In this document: positions 25,401 through 39,800 of the stretch, one piece after another | Position numbering within the stretch: the stretch's first letter is position 1 | Layout of the letters: each line of letters starts with the position of its first letter | Assembly: GCA_030141605.1 (NCBI GenBank) | Contig: JAQGDQ010000075.1 | Span: 62,001 to 126,000, forward strand | Direction of reading: 5' to 3' | DNA: 64,000 nucleotides | DNA from: Tubiluchus corallicola | Taxonomy: Eukaryota; Animalia; Priapulida | The notes under the pieces: generated by a model | Told to the model about the DNA's origin: nothing | The model's database searches: none | Seen by the model: only the letters and a program-made list of their open reading frames with translations | Translations under genes and position numbers: made by a program

Positions 25401-28400
25401 TTTAGGAATGGCTTATTCTCGGAAACAAATAAATTCAAGTTGAAGTAGTACAGTTATTTAGTAAAAACAAAAATTCACGAAATGAAAAAATGAAGAAGCT
25501 TACGTAACGTTTTAAAACAAATTCAAATGTGCATTGCTATAGTCAACATTCAAATTTCTATATTCAACATGTATATTAACGGAGAGGGGGGTGCTTAATA
25601 CCCTTTACCTGTTGTTTAAGCAGCACGCCTATCCAGCCTGTATTTAAATAATGTTTAAAACAGAAAATTTATGACACTTAAGCCTCACAGCTAGCTAAAA
25701 TTTTCTAGATATAATTTTGGTACATTTTTAACATTGTGCGATTTAACTAGACTTGTAAGTCTACTTCATTTTCCTTATCTCATCAATACCTAATATCTAA
25801 TTTTTAGTATCTAATCAGTGCAAGAAAACATTTTCTGACCATTTTTAGATATTTGTTTTGAGTACATAGGACTTCCTTTACTTGAACAGCCCGTAAATGA
25901 TAAATTCTTTTCATTATTACAATTAGTAACGATCACAAACAAAAAGGAATTGTAACAAACATTCTGTCAACAGATTTTTTATCAATAATGCATCATTAAT
26001 GTCATCATGGCGCCTTAACAGATATAGAACAGGTGTTAACAAATGTACAACGATGATCAACGATGAATGTAATAACTAGTTCTGTGCTTATGCGTATTAT
26101 TTAAACAATTGCAGTGTTAATATTGCGCGTCATATAAGATTAAGTTGCGTGATTACTACTATTCTGTCATGCGTTATACAGGGGATAATAAGCATGATCA
26201 CATGAAACCCACGTTTGATACTGCAAGATGCATATCATGTCACATCTGCATCGATTGTATTAACTTATATTATGAGATTTGGCATCTTCTGACGGTGCTG
26301 TATCAATCAATTATCGATTAATAATTTGATAATCATTAGCAAACCATATAGCAATTTGTTCATTACAATATGAACCACTAGCGACAAAAAGCAAAGAACT
26401 TAAAAAGAAACTGTTCTATGATAATGCTTCAACTTTGTGGATAATGATGGCGCCACATGTTTGACGTTACACAATAACATGTGATGTTTCAAATGCTGGT
26501 ACGTCGCCATCTACACATCACTGAGCTAACAGAGAAGTCGGTGAACATGCCTCTTATGTGTGGAACCTATTAAATTTTGAAAATTTCTTCTGTTTAAAAG
26601 ATAACAACAAAGCCAGAATATATTTTCTGCGTATAAGTCATTGCAATTATTGTATCAATAATTATATGACAGCAAACGTTTACGAGGAAACCTATTATGT
26701 TAACCTTGAATAAATTTCAATTTGATGTTCCATATTTGATTAATGACTTTATATTACGCACGCGACTATAACGTTATCATAAAACACAACAATTATTAAC
26801 TACAGTTTTTGACGATTGAATAATTCCCTATTATATGCACCCTAGTGGAGATGAGCTTGCAAAGTGGAATGATTTGACTGATAGTTGCGGCATTATGGCG
26901 TCACACTCTGTTACGCCACATGGTGTCATTTCAACAAAATACGGAAAATCTGAGATAGGTTATTCGCTATAATAATTGTCCTGAATAATGCCAACATAAT
27001 CGTTTATCATCTATCTGAATAAGGAAGTGCTCCACATTTATTAAACTAACCTGGGTCGGAAGCCTTGACACGCTGTGATTTTTGGTTAAAATAATGGACT
27101 GCCATTAACCCGTAGCGAACACTGAATTATGGCTACCAGAGATAATGTGATATATGATGCGCAATATAACTTATATACAGGTTATGAAACATTTGGAAAG
27201 TTTTGCAAGTCTACTATATTAAATTATTGTATACTTTAAGTTTACATGTATACTATTGTATTTTTCTGCAATGGGGTAAGAATTTATTAGCCGTAAACTC
27301 TTATATGTACTGCTGTCGGCTTTGTGGGCCAGGGCAACTTGTTTTGGTCAAAGTTTCATCACTTCTGGTTTGTAAGGGTTAAGCGCGAGGATGGCACGTT
27401 GTTGACATTCTACAATGACCGGCGCTTTATCTGCACAGTAAGGTGGCGTAGTGACAGTAACGGCTAATATGATGATTATACTTGATAGGCGGCCTCTAAT
27501 GATTTCAATTGATTACTCAGGTGAAGTAACTGATGAAATTGGCTGTGTTTCCTGTAGGTACAGTAGTGACATATAAATTATATTATAATAGCAATACATA
27601 AATTAAATTAAGTTGTCACATAAATGTCCGTATTCAAACTGTAAAATGAAGACTACTAAGGGCTTTGGCTATTCGTTGTTTTAAAAACGAATTAACGAGA
27701 TAAAAGATAAATGATAAAATTGCCTTATAGGCGTTGAGGAGTTGTTTATGACGTCATAAACTCTTAGATCAGCTTTCCTCCAGGACAGCCTGTCATCAGA
27801 CTTTTTTAGTCTCCAATGTCAGCTCTTCCTTTTTCAAAGCAAGAATCCTCATCATATGATGGTCGCTCCATCCATTTTCTTCAGTGTCAGCATTTTGTGT
27901 TTGGCTGTCTTCAAGCTAGCGTTGTTTTTCGCTCCAAATCCAGTTTGGTTAGTCAGTTATCTATTCTCAGTTCATAATATCCAGCACAGCATTTATATAC
28001 GCCGTTTTTTACTTTAAACTCAGAGCTGCAGTCATTTGTCTTCGGTGTTTGCCACCTTAGCTCAGACAAGTGTCTGTCTTCGTATATAATGGTTTCATCA
28101 TATGTTTTGGTTCTACTAACCTTATTTTAAATAGTGCTTTTCTGGTTTTCTTAGTCTTAACCTTGACATTTCTAGATAAGGACCATGTTTTTTCCTTCGG
28201 GCTTGTTATTTGTGGAATTGTCCACCAGGACATTCTTTCCCTGAAATACAACTTCACTCGATTCGAGAAGAAAACAGCAGATACTTCTGTCACTAACAAA
28301 TTAACATGCGACAATTCTACTTTTCTGTACATGTATTTGTGTTTTTTCGCCTTTTCATTGTTACCCCTTTACCATGAATGGCCATTGGCCTTTCTTTGCG

Positions 28401-30696
28401 ATGATTTGTATAAAAAGGCATCTTCTGTCTTATTACATCCAACATATGATTTGTCCTCCCGTACTCCATGAGTTGTGGCCACTTCTAAATTTTGCTCTGT
28501 TAACCGTGACTAGATCCTCCCTCCACCAGGCTAGCGTCTTATCATTTCAAGTTGATTACTAGCAGCATGCAAGGCTTTGCCAGCACGCGCCGCCATGTCA
28601 CTAACAGTCACTTCAAATTCCTCAAAAAGCATTCAACACCAAACAAACATTTGTAGGCTGCAGATAAATTATTGATGATGACAAAATCATCTCGTGTTTA
28701 AGATTCAGATAATCGACACAGGGTAATTATCTATAAGGCTGGTGTCTGTCTCACCTGCTGTCCAAATTCTAGTCTTGAGGTGATAGGTAACCGTTGTTAG
28801 TTTCGTTTTATGATTTACATCTTGCTGTAGGAACCTTTTGTCGTAAGTGTTTATTTATTTTGTTCATACTATAGTTATATTAAAAGGAAAATAGTAAAAG
28901 AGGAAAAAAGCAGCTAATAAAGCTAATACCAATAATAGATGAAATAATTAAAAATTTGCATTGTTTACAATTAAAAGCTAGTTAAAATCATTAAAAAACA
29001 ACCCAAAGTTGTCAAAACTCCGCATTATATCTTTGGATCTTGTTCTCATTTCTCCATTTCATTCGGTTTTGGTTGAAATTGTGGTTTTGATATAGACAGG
29101 TATAATTGTGTTTCGATGAACATGATAGGTACAGGACGTCGTACAAAGATGACTATTTCACAAGTTCGGCTGTTCACAAGTTGGTTAGTTTCCTTTTAGA
29201 AGTGAAATAAAAGCTATTTAAAATTTAATCTTACTTCATCGAATCCCAAAATTTTACTGAGCCACTAAACAGATCTACATCTTGTTCACATCAGTGACCT
29301 TAAAAACAAGTTCAAACGAAGTGATTTGCATGATTTTTTATGCTTTAAGATATAAATTTTGGGAATTCAAGATGGGGGATTTCTGTCGGAAAGATTTTAA
29401 AATAAAACGCTACTATTTTGATAATAAACTATTATGTCGAACCATGTAAAATGGCGGAAAAATGTCAACAGCATTAAAACCAGCAAAATATTTGAATTCG
29501 TGACGTGAATCAGTAGCAGTCAGCAGCAGCATCTAATTGCGACTCTTCCGGTAACTATGATAATAACAAACATAAGATCTCAATCTTCTTTACAATAAAT
29601 AGAATGGCGGGGAGTAGAATGTTTAGTTTTTCCGTTTAAAATAACGGTGCGAAACTTCAGGCGGATCTTGTCTAAACCGCAAGCGGGACTCACCAGACAA
29701 GCACCATGTGGACTTAACCAGAATTCTGGACAATATCATGCTGAAACTTGGTGGAATTGAATTGCGAATTTTTGCTATTTTTGCAACAGGATGGGTGCCC
29801 CGGAATCATAAGTGAGAAGACCCACCCCCACTTTGGTGCCCCCTCTCCTGCAAGAGTTTGGGGTAAACACAGCAGATGCAGCTTTCAGTGACTAACCGGG
29901 GTAATTTAAGATCATTACATGTTGAATGTCTGATTCTTATTACTGCCTTCTTTCATTCGTCTGCACAAAACCAACAAGTTCTTTTCTACATCTCCACCTG
30001 CCGCTCGCTAAAGGGTGGCACCGGCTTATTTTAGGATTAACAAAAGGACGGGCGCGTGCAAAAACATTTGCATTTGTCATAATCAAACATTGGAGATTGC
30101 AACTGGCCTCACTTTCCGTCGCATCCAGCAGATGGTTTTTAGCGCGTGTCCTATGACATTTTTCTTTCTGTTTATCTGAAAATCTGTATATCAGCGCGAA
30201 AGTGCCCCATTCTAAGTAATCTCGTGTTTGGATTCAAACGTTCATTTTCTGTTGTAAAACATACAAGTGTTGCGTTGGAATTATATAAGTCTGTATAAGT
30301 CATATCAGAACTATTTGTGATGTCTTTTAGTCACATGGTGTTTTTTGTGGTCAGCCTTCAAATAGTGTTATGGTTGTTGGTTAGGTTTTGCTGTAACCAT
30401 CATGCGAGCGATGCTAGCGGTCTCTTAACGAAAATTAATAGAACTTGAATAAACATTGTTCAACGTGAGATTTCATACTGTTTGATTGTTGAAATTTCAG
30501 ATGTCTGTATATATGGACGTTTTATATTAAGTCTGTTGTTGTCTTTTGTTTTGGACATTTTGCTATGCAAATATTTCCTGTCTACAGGTACATGTTGTCG
30601 AAAATTTTGTTAGATATAAAATTATTGTTTTAGTGATTTTAATAAAGTGTAAAACGTAATTTGCGCGAAACATTTATAAATTTGTGTTTGTTGCAG

Positions 30697-30831
30697 TTAA
30701 TCGAGACAGACGGAAAAGTAAAAGGGTGGATAGACGCCACGGAGCACGGGACCGGAAACTGGATGAAGTTTGTCAGGAGTGCCAACACGCAGGAAGCCCA
30801 GAACATGATGGCAGTGCAGGTGGAATCGCAG
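30697..30831 (+). CDS. PRDM16: PRDM3/16 coding exon: PR/SET domain, middle part ([45 protein letters not shown])
   Basis: Acceptor tttgtgtttgttgcag| and donor CAG|gtaagc; 135 nt, phase 0-0; contains the PR-domain DA...GNWMKFVR motif. Confidence 0.92.
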
Positions 30832-33800
30832 GTAAGCGAGAAGCCATTATGAATAAATGTTTATTATTGTTTATTACGTTAACCTGTTGGTGTTGCGTTA
30901 GGCTTTCAGATAAACAAATTCGTGGAACCTTAAATTCCATAACATGTATTTTTAAACATTTAGGTTATTTATATTACTTTAAATTAAAATATATTTTAAA
31001 ATAGCAATCTAATCTTGTAATCTAATCCCTCCTTCAGGTAAGTTTTCTGATTTGTTTGTGAAACTGAAACTGAAGGAAAGAAAGTGTTAAGAAACTGAAA
31101 CTAAACCCGGGTTCAACTACCCTACTTTGAGATTACAAGCCCAGGGGCCAAGTCTAATATGTTGTGTATAACAGCTGTGACCGTGTCTCTTACTATTGAA
31201 GATATGCTAATAATAAGATGCTACAAACCCACAATGGTGGCCTAATGGTCTAAGGTGTCTACAGTCTTTAGCGTCTTTGATTCAAGTTCATGAAGTTCCT
31301 GTCTTTCAATTTTGGTATAATTAATCATAATAATCTTGATATTGATAATTAATTTATGTATGTAATATTATAATTTAACGGTGCCTGATTCAGATGTATA
31401 ATCACTTTCACTTTTTATTTGTTTTTATCAATCTTTGTCATATTGGAAGTTATTGGTTTCAAAAATTTAATAATCAGGAGTTTACAATAGTGAAATATAG
31501 GCCTATAGTATTAAAAAGCGATTGGTATACTTAAGCAAGTACATAAATATTTGCTTACTCGTCGTTTTTTTGTATGATGCTGGTATTTTAAACTATCCTC
31601 TAAGACAGCAGCGTTCAAAACGTGTAAAATATAAACACGTTTAAAAGATGTATACAATTACTGTACCTACATTGTGTCCTAGTGCTCATGCTTTCAGCAA
31701 TGCACGGTTAAGGCCATATAAGGAAGCACGAACAACAGTTGATCTTGAATAAAGACACTTATTAGCTAATTAAACAAGTGACCAATGTTTTCGGTGATTC
31801 ACTTTTTTACTGTTGACCGTGATATTGAGCTTGCTCAAAGCGTAGGAGGAACTGACATCCGTGTACCTTTCCAAATTGACCCAAAACGTTAAATTTACAA
31901 CCATCTTGCTTCCATCTTATTTGACTAGATCCCTCTGCAATCAGGAACGACTTTTACACTGACTTCAAACTACCATAAATCACCCTCAAATGACGTGAAC
32001 GAAAACGCCGGGTATTTGATCTTTTGTTTTATCGTTCAAACCGACCATTTAGCATCGTTGAGACGGAGTGAGCCAACGCGAACCACAGCAAATATTTGAT
32101 CGTTTAAAATCGTGCCATCCCAACACTAATAGTTTAGAAACTAAATATTTACAGTGAGGTTTGCATAGGAAGATCCGTATATTGTTGGCTGCCCTTGTGA
32201 AGAGAAAGCTTGTTTCATTCACGAGTTTTGTATGACTAGAAACGGAAATTTGAATTGTCGTAAACTCAGTGCATGCATGGATGAGTAGCTGAAATTTTTT
32301 ACTCTTAACTTCTTAGGTCTTTCAGTGTCTTCTCACAATTTCAAATTTCCGCAGTTTCAGTACTTGCAGAAAAAAAGTTTTATGCAGAAGTTTGACGTTT
32401 TCAATAGAGAGTATCGTAATCTTAAACCGCATAATTCTAGTTTTATTTTTCTTTAATGGGAGTATAACAAACTTTCACTTCTTCGCGATTTTAGTGAAGT
32501 CTAAGCGGATGGTTAGCAGACTCGATTCACTTCTCTTTGCCCTTAAATTTACTCCTCAAAATAACTCCTAAAACGGATCCTAAATGCAGACAAAGTCATG
32601 TTGACATTAGCCGAAACAGCTCAAATTTTAGCAAAACACCAAAAGGACAGAGTAAATATCGAAAACGTAGCCGATGCGTGCCGTTCATTGTGAAATTTTG
32701 TTATGACAACTGCCACATTCTATCCGCGAAATAAGCACTTCTATGCTTTAGTTTCGAGCAAAGCTATACACTGACCGAGTGCTTAGTTGGTTACTTGGAA
32801 TTTTACAAAAGAAATTCCTTCAGGTGCATATTTGTGGTTTATTATGTACTATTTATACGTCTTACTTATTTGCTGTTAAGACGTTTGCGAAGTTGATAAA
32901 TTCTGCTACTTGAATTTAACAACAGAAAAACTTTTCTCCACAAAAATAAAATGTGTATTAAGTGTTTTTCTGGTATTTTTCACGCGCAAGAAATAGCAAA
33001 CGACATTTATTAAAAACCTGTTGGCCAACACTCTTTAGTAGCTTCTCGGATATAAATAAGAGTAATTTTATCACCTTTAAGTTATTTCACTAAAAATATC
33101 ACAAATTTGGCTAATTGCTGCATTTCCACTATTTCTGTGTATTTTTGTAACGTGGTTTAGTTTAGATGTGGTAATGTGATGGGTATTTATAATTTGAGGA
33201 ACTATTGAAGGTGACCGGGCGATGACAGCGGATGCTATTTTGTTGTTATTAGTGAATCAGTAACAGAAAGACATCAGAATAGGCTGACCCTGTCTGGTAT
33301 GTCGGACATGAAACAGATGTATAACATTTTAATATGAAAAGTGAGACTATTAACTAATTACAGAGTTAGTGAATTAAGTGTGTTCAAAGGAATATGATAG
33401 TATAGCGTTTAGGGGCCTTCTCTCTTCGTTTTTCCACCTGTGCCACCTGTATAAACCAATCTTCGGTAACCCTGCCGTCAAAGTGGGCGCTCACTCTCAG
33501 ATAAGCTTATTCGCATTCAATTTGGAGGAAATAACCGCTCTGGATGAGTAATGGACTTTTTCTCTAGCGGCGAAATATTGCACCTTTCTTGAATTTCTGG
33601 CCCTTTAAACGCGAACAATAGTTCTGATGTTTTGTTGCTTCGGGCTTTTCCGGACGCACAATCCCAGCCCCGGATTCGAGTGCATGCTTTTCATGAATGG
33701 GAATACATAGCGTATACGCGAAGATGTTGCGTCTCAGATAGATGCCTTTTCTTCTTGTCCATTTAAATCCATTTAGAAGAAAAAAGAGGGGATTTCTCAC

Positions 33801-36800
33801 CTGGCCGACCGCAAGAAGCGTACAGATCCACGGAGACCTGGAGGCACAGGTTTGTAATACTGAAAAGATAGAAATCATTCACGGCTGGCAGACCTCCTCC
33901 GGTGAAGTGTCCACGCAACAATTCGTAGATTTATTTGGATTATTAGACTGGACAAACTCCAGCATCCTCAAACGGTGATCTGTTACTATGGTAGCGAGAA
34001 TTTTTAAACCAAAAATCTCTGATCTGATAATCGTGATGCGCCTTCATTCATTCATTCATCCTTTCAATTGTTGGTTTTGCTCAAACATTTGTCCACTTAA
34101 TCAGAGTGTGCCTTCCATTCACACGGCCAGGCATTCAGTCACTCATTAAGTCGGATGGTTAGTCAGTCAGTAGATAGTCAGCGGTAGTCCAATAGTTTAT
34201 CCTCTAGTTAAATAATTAGGCATTTATTTATTTACCATTTCGTCATGCGACAGCCAACTTCTGCAAATTTACATGTTGTTATAAATTAAAATCTATAAAT
34301 GAAATTATGTAAGTGAAATTGATTAGAGTGGAAAAAATTAGTTAGATGTTTCAAACCAAGTTTTAGGTATCTAAATATATGACGTACGGTTGTTATCGTC
34401 TTTTGAACTACAAGAGTCAACCGTGAAGAAATGCACAGAGTCTAAGCTCATGACAAGTTTCTTTATTTTGACTAAATTAAATCTGCGGATGGTGGGTGTA
34501 GTGGGTAGTGGTAGATGTAACGCATGTGGTATAAGAAGGGACGCAGCGACTGTACCAAACAACATTCCAGGATTCCCACTGCATTATAATTGCAAATTTC
34601 ATATAACAGAAAACAGTCTTTGTTGGGTGAGGTTGACTGAATAGACACGTGCACGATTATCGAAAAATACCACACTGAGATAAATACACCTTTCATAATT
34701 GATGCACTAATGAGAAAAATAGCCGCCGATTTCTTCTAAGATTCCCAGCTGCAGTTATCACCTTATTAATTATCTCGTCGTTTTGTTATTTTGCTGTATT
34801 TCTTTTTTTTAGTTTGACAAAAATTTTAACTGCTAATGCGTAAAGTATGTGTGCTATACATGAAGTAGTACACATTATTATATAGGGTTTTGGCGTTTTT
34901 TTGGAGGTGTCCAGTAAATATTATCCAAATTTGATTGTAAACTGTTTTTACTGTACTATACTCAGTTATTTTGTTTGATTTCGTTTGACTGAATTGTTAC
35001 ATTGAAATCGTTACCTGTAATGAATATAAAATGCAATTATCAAAACACTGCTCTAAGTTTTAAAGTAATCAAACTCATACTATGGTTGTAGATCTTGATG
35101 TGCAATAAAAATAAAGAAAAATAACTTAGGCTGTATTAATTAAGTGGTTGCCTGGCTAAAAATTTAAACGTCTCAAACTAGTTCCAATTTTTAGTGATAC
35201 AGAACAAAGATAAAGGTGTGAGTTCAATTCATGCAGGCGCGTTTAGAGACACCAGGGGTCCTAAACCAGATGACTGTCTGCCGCAATTTCTGGAAAATTC
35301 TGAACCAGCTTTTTGGTTTAAGCTTTTGTTCGTCTTAAATAAGACCTAAGGTGAACGATTGAGAAGAGCTTGTTCCGCATCCTGACACACACACGTGGTG
35401 ACGAAAAAAGATAATAATGTCTTTGTAGCATAGGATTGTCAGGAATGGCAAAAAGATGCGCTTGGGTATAATTTTAAGTTGCTCACGTGTCCTAAATGGC
35501 AATCTTCGAAAGCTTCTCTGATTTCTGACCTCGCACAGGAAATATGGTCACACGGCATAATAGGCCTTACATATGGCTTGACAGTATAATGTATTTAAAG
35601 GCGCAATTTTGAACGAAACTGCCCATTTTCATGCGGTGAATTTTTTCCGGTTAAAAATTTTCTTAGATGTCTTCTTTATGCACCACCATAAAATCACTAA
35701 ATGCTCTCGAAGTACTAGTAATGAGATATGATTTTTTGGATTTTGCTACATCTTTTACTTGAAAAAGTGCTTAAAAGTGTGGAAGTATCCTGTAAAAAAT
35801 GCTGCATAGCGTTAGATGCACACTGCTTATGGCAGACTCAGTGTACCCGTAATTTTACTTTTGTATCTTATTCTTAAATGTCTAATTTCTCCATTTTTAA
35901 TTTTAAAGCGTGATTTGAATCTAGCTCTTTCGTTGTAATTACTAACTTGTTTAAAACATATCGCTGTTTGTTTGTTTGTTAATTGCTTGATTTTTATTTG
36001 TGTATTTGTTTGCCTCTTTTTATCATTTTATCTTTCTTTTATATCTTTCCTTCTTGCTTTCTTTTTCTTTAATTCGCTTGAATTCGTTCTTTCATTCTCT
36101 CTTTGTTTTTTCCCTTTTCGGGTTTTTTGTAAAATGAAACTGTTGTGGCTTGCTTTAGCCCTTGTCACCATTTAATAAGTATAAGATAATGTTGCAGAAA
36201 ACGTATAAGAATTTATTGAAAACACCTCGAGAAAGCACGTAAGATTACAAATGGGTGGTATTTTTATTTACAGGACCACCCATCTGGTATTTAAAGAATT
36301 ATGATCATTTGGGTGGGCCAATATCAAGTGGTTGTTAAAACTAAAGTATAGTAGCCTTCTTCTGTAACAAATGTTTTTGTAAGAAACCACAAGTTCAAGT
36401 GTATATTACTGCCTCATAAGACTATGACATAAAAAAACGGAGATACCATCTTCTGCTAGAAAAGATAGAACATCTGGAGAAGTGGTGGAACAATACGTCA
36501 CGAGGTTGACGGACAGCGTGACGTCGCATCTGCCCCGCGGCAACGACAGCCCCGCGTCGAAAATTAAATTCTAGAACTGACAAACTGTGAAGAATTTAAA
36601 TGGAAGCTCTTCGGTGACTTGATGATGATCTGAAGATCTTGTTAAATGGTTTTCTACAACATGTGGCCTAATCCGCCAGCGGTAAAGATAGCGGTGAAGA
36701 GTGGGTTAAAATGAAGGACCACCCAAACGATGAATCTGCTGGGCCAGTCCAGGTGTTTAATTGAGATTTCGTCAAAAATGATAAGGTTAAGTGCTGACAA

Positions 36801-39800
36801 GGTAGACAAGCTGGAGTAACACCTGGCCATTGTGTTTAGGATCCACCGATTAATGATAAATATCGCTCACAAACTAAACTTGAAACTTCACTGATCTTGA
36901 CTTTGTTCTATGTACTTGAGTAGTTTTTGCATCGTTGCTTTCTATTATCTATATATTTTTCTTTTGATTGTTTTTCGTTGCTTATTGTGGTATCATATGA
37001 CTATTTTTATGCAGCATTTTATAGTGAAATACTACATAAGAATTTAGCATAAGTATGTAGTATGAAATACTACATACTAATACTTCACCGTCACCATAGT
37101 GAAGTAAATGAAAGTGAACCGTCAAACACTGCGGCAAACCAAAACTGATACCGGAGTTTAACTTTGCGCACAGTTTCAATCTATTTTTAATTGTTTTTTC
37201 ATAGTTATTCACCACTATTCCTATCAGTAATTGATTTCGTCTTAAATTCCTTTTTCTGGATTCCCTTTATACTGAAGTTTTGATATTAGTAAAACCGTAG
37301 TGATCATTCTTCCTGTGCTTACACGGTTGTACCACATGATGTCCCCATGAAATACAACACAGTATGCTAAAATAGACTGAATGACTCTGCTCCATAAGGA
37401 TGTAAATCTTTACGAAGTACTCCATTTTCTAGGTACGACAGTGACAATAATATTGTGGAGAAGACGGCTTAGATTTACGATACTCTAGGATTACGCGGTG
37501 TCTTATTTTCGCTCTATTGAGGCGATACGGTTTAAAACCTAAAATGGCCTTACAGTTCGTGACCCCCGTTTGTGACTTATAAGTAATCGAAATATGATGT
37601 TAAAAAGCAGAACCGCCTTAAAACTAATGCAGACGGCTGTATAATTTTATAACTATCCTGATTCTTAAGTTAATTTTTACACGTTCATGGAACAAAGTTT
37701 GCTTTTCCATGCCAAATGTCTTTTCTTCTCATACCTGTTTTGCAGACGCCTTCGGTCTTAGTCTACCCTTCTATATAGATAATAAGACCATGGCTGATTA
37801 TAGGTTAGGCTAACCATCTCATTAAAGTGTTGTCTGTTCCACCTACTTTCACTATATGCTGTAACTGATTGCAGTCATTAGTGACAAAACTGATCTCTGT
37901 CTCTATTGTCATTGTTATTGTAGCATGTATTTTTTCTGTTGCTTGTCAACTTATGAAGTATCTTTGCTTTCATGAGTGTCATGAACTTGTGTGGTTCACT
38001 TGTTCACAAGATAATAGCTTACTTGGTTCCGGTCACATCCGACACTTAAGTTATTATCCATAGTTTTAAACGTAACGTGTCCAAGTTATTAGCTTAATTT
38101 ATAAAATAATACCATGTTTGGGACCAGTTAGAGCAAAGCGGAGACAGTGTGAAAAGCATCGAGGCGCAACGCGAGACCTTTCGTGTCCACTTTGTCGAGA
38201 TATTAATGTCTTTATAGGCAATAATATGTGAAAAGGTGACAAATTTCCTTGAATTTGAAACCTGCATTTAACGCCTAGTAAATATATTTGTTATGAATAA
38301 TAAGGTTACAATGCTTGGATATTTGATATCGATGTAGGCTTGTGTGAATTGAGCATGCGTGCAGACAAGCCATTAATGTTTTACGAATGATTTCGCTCAT
38401 TTCAAAACGTTAGTGTTCTCTTTGAGCCGTTTTTTATGGTTATACGTGTATTACAACATTGTGGAAAATCAGCACCTTAGACGTTACGCGTTATTTCATT
38501 TGCTGATTACGCAATTTGTCAACGTACAAATTGGTGCACGATAACCCCAAGCTAACTTCAAAAATGGGTTAGTCACATAAATTAATTAAGTCAGATCTTT
38601 TAAATTAATAATTCAGTCTTTCCAAAGTCAATACCTGTGTGTATCACGCAGTAGTAGCTACTAAACGCATACATTCATCAATTATTTATTTATTATTTTT
38701 GATGGTACAAACTCATATATACAAGCTCGTTAAGTAGAAGGTTCCTAGTTCAAATCCACGTTGTGTTACCAACTTTTTCACATTTTCTGTGCTTCAACAT
38801 TGCCTTCAAAATTCAATTAATTGCGGGTTATACCATTATACAGTCATTACTATTTCAACTAGTTAACTAAGTAGAATCGGAATTTTTTTAAAAAAATGTA
38901 ACGATAGTCTTATTAGTTAAATTTTGGAAAGAGAAGTAGTAACTCTTCGCAGGCTGGAGGAAAGATAATCATGTGAAATTTACATGAAAACTTCTATAAT
39001 GAAGAAATATAAATCGTCAAAGACGCACATACAGAAACATGCAGACAAATGCCTGCCATTCACTGTATTATACATAATGATTTTTATACTGCTTAGACCA
39101 CGATTAAATCATTCTTTTTTGAAAAAATTATCTGATAGGATACCTTTTAGGCGAATAAAGCTTAATTGATAAAACTTATCTCATCGCTTCACTTACTTAC
39201 GTTTACTTACACCATAATGTGAACAGACACCGCAGAATCATATGAAAGTATATCCTGTTGTCTAAAGTTACGTTTTCCGGTTTTGAGGCAAATTTCTTTC
39301 TGTACGCTGCTGACTAATAATAGGCAAAATGTCTCCAGGAAATAATATTGCCCAATTTTTTGAAATTATAATAAAGAACTCGATTATGTACATTGTAACA
39401 CTGGTATAATCGTTGTGATAATATGGGTAAACGCGTTTTGCTAAATTGGTATCTAGGTTTATGCTCTTTTGTTATAAAGTATGGTAATGACTGATAAGCT
39501 TTGGAGGACATGAAGAGCAAAATAACTATTGGTTTTTCGACAAAATAGAAGAAGCGTTTGGTATTCGTTGGTAAATTCTCGACTGAATTTGCCAAAATTA
39601 AATTAAATGTAAAGCAATTTTTTCGTCACGTGTTGGTGTTGAACATTTTGCCTATATTATGGTACACTTTCATTTGCAATAGTGTCAGAGTGGTTAAGAC
39701 TAATAAAAGATTAATTCCAATGAAGGAATTTAATTCGAATAGCAGAATGAGTAGTAGAATTCATTACAAAAGTTTAATATGGAGCAATCATTGCAAGATT

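Noticed and set aside
34390-34644. ORF beginning SFELQES, similar to the PR N-terminal FELRES
   Set aside because: It lies downstream of the middle PR exon (wrong order), lacks the GVW/FGP motifs, and shares a short inverted similarity with about 45600, suggesting a repeat fragment.
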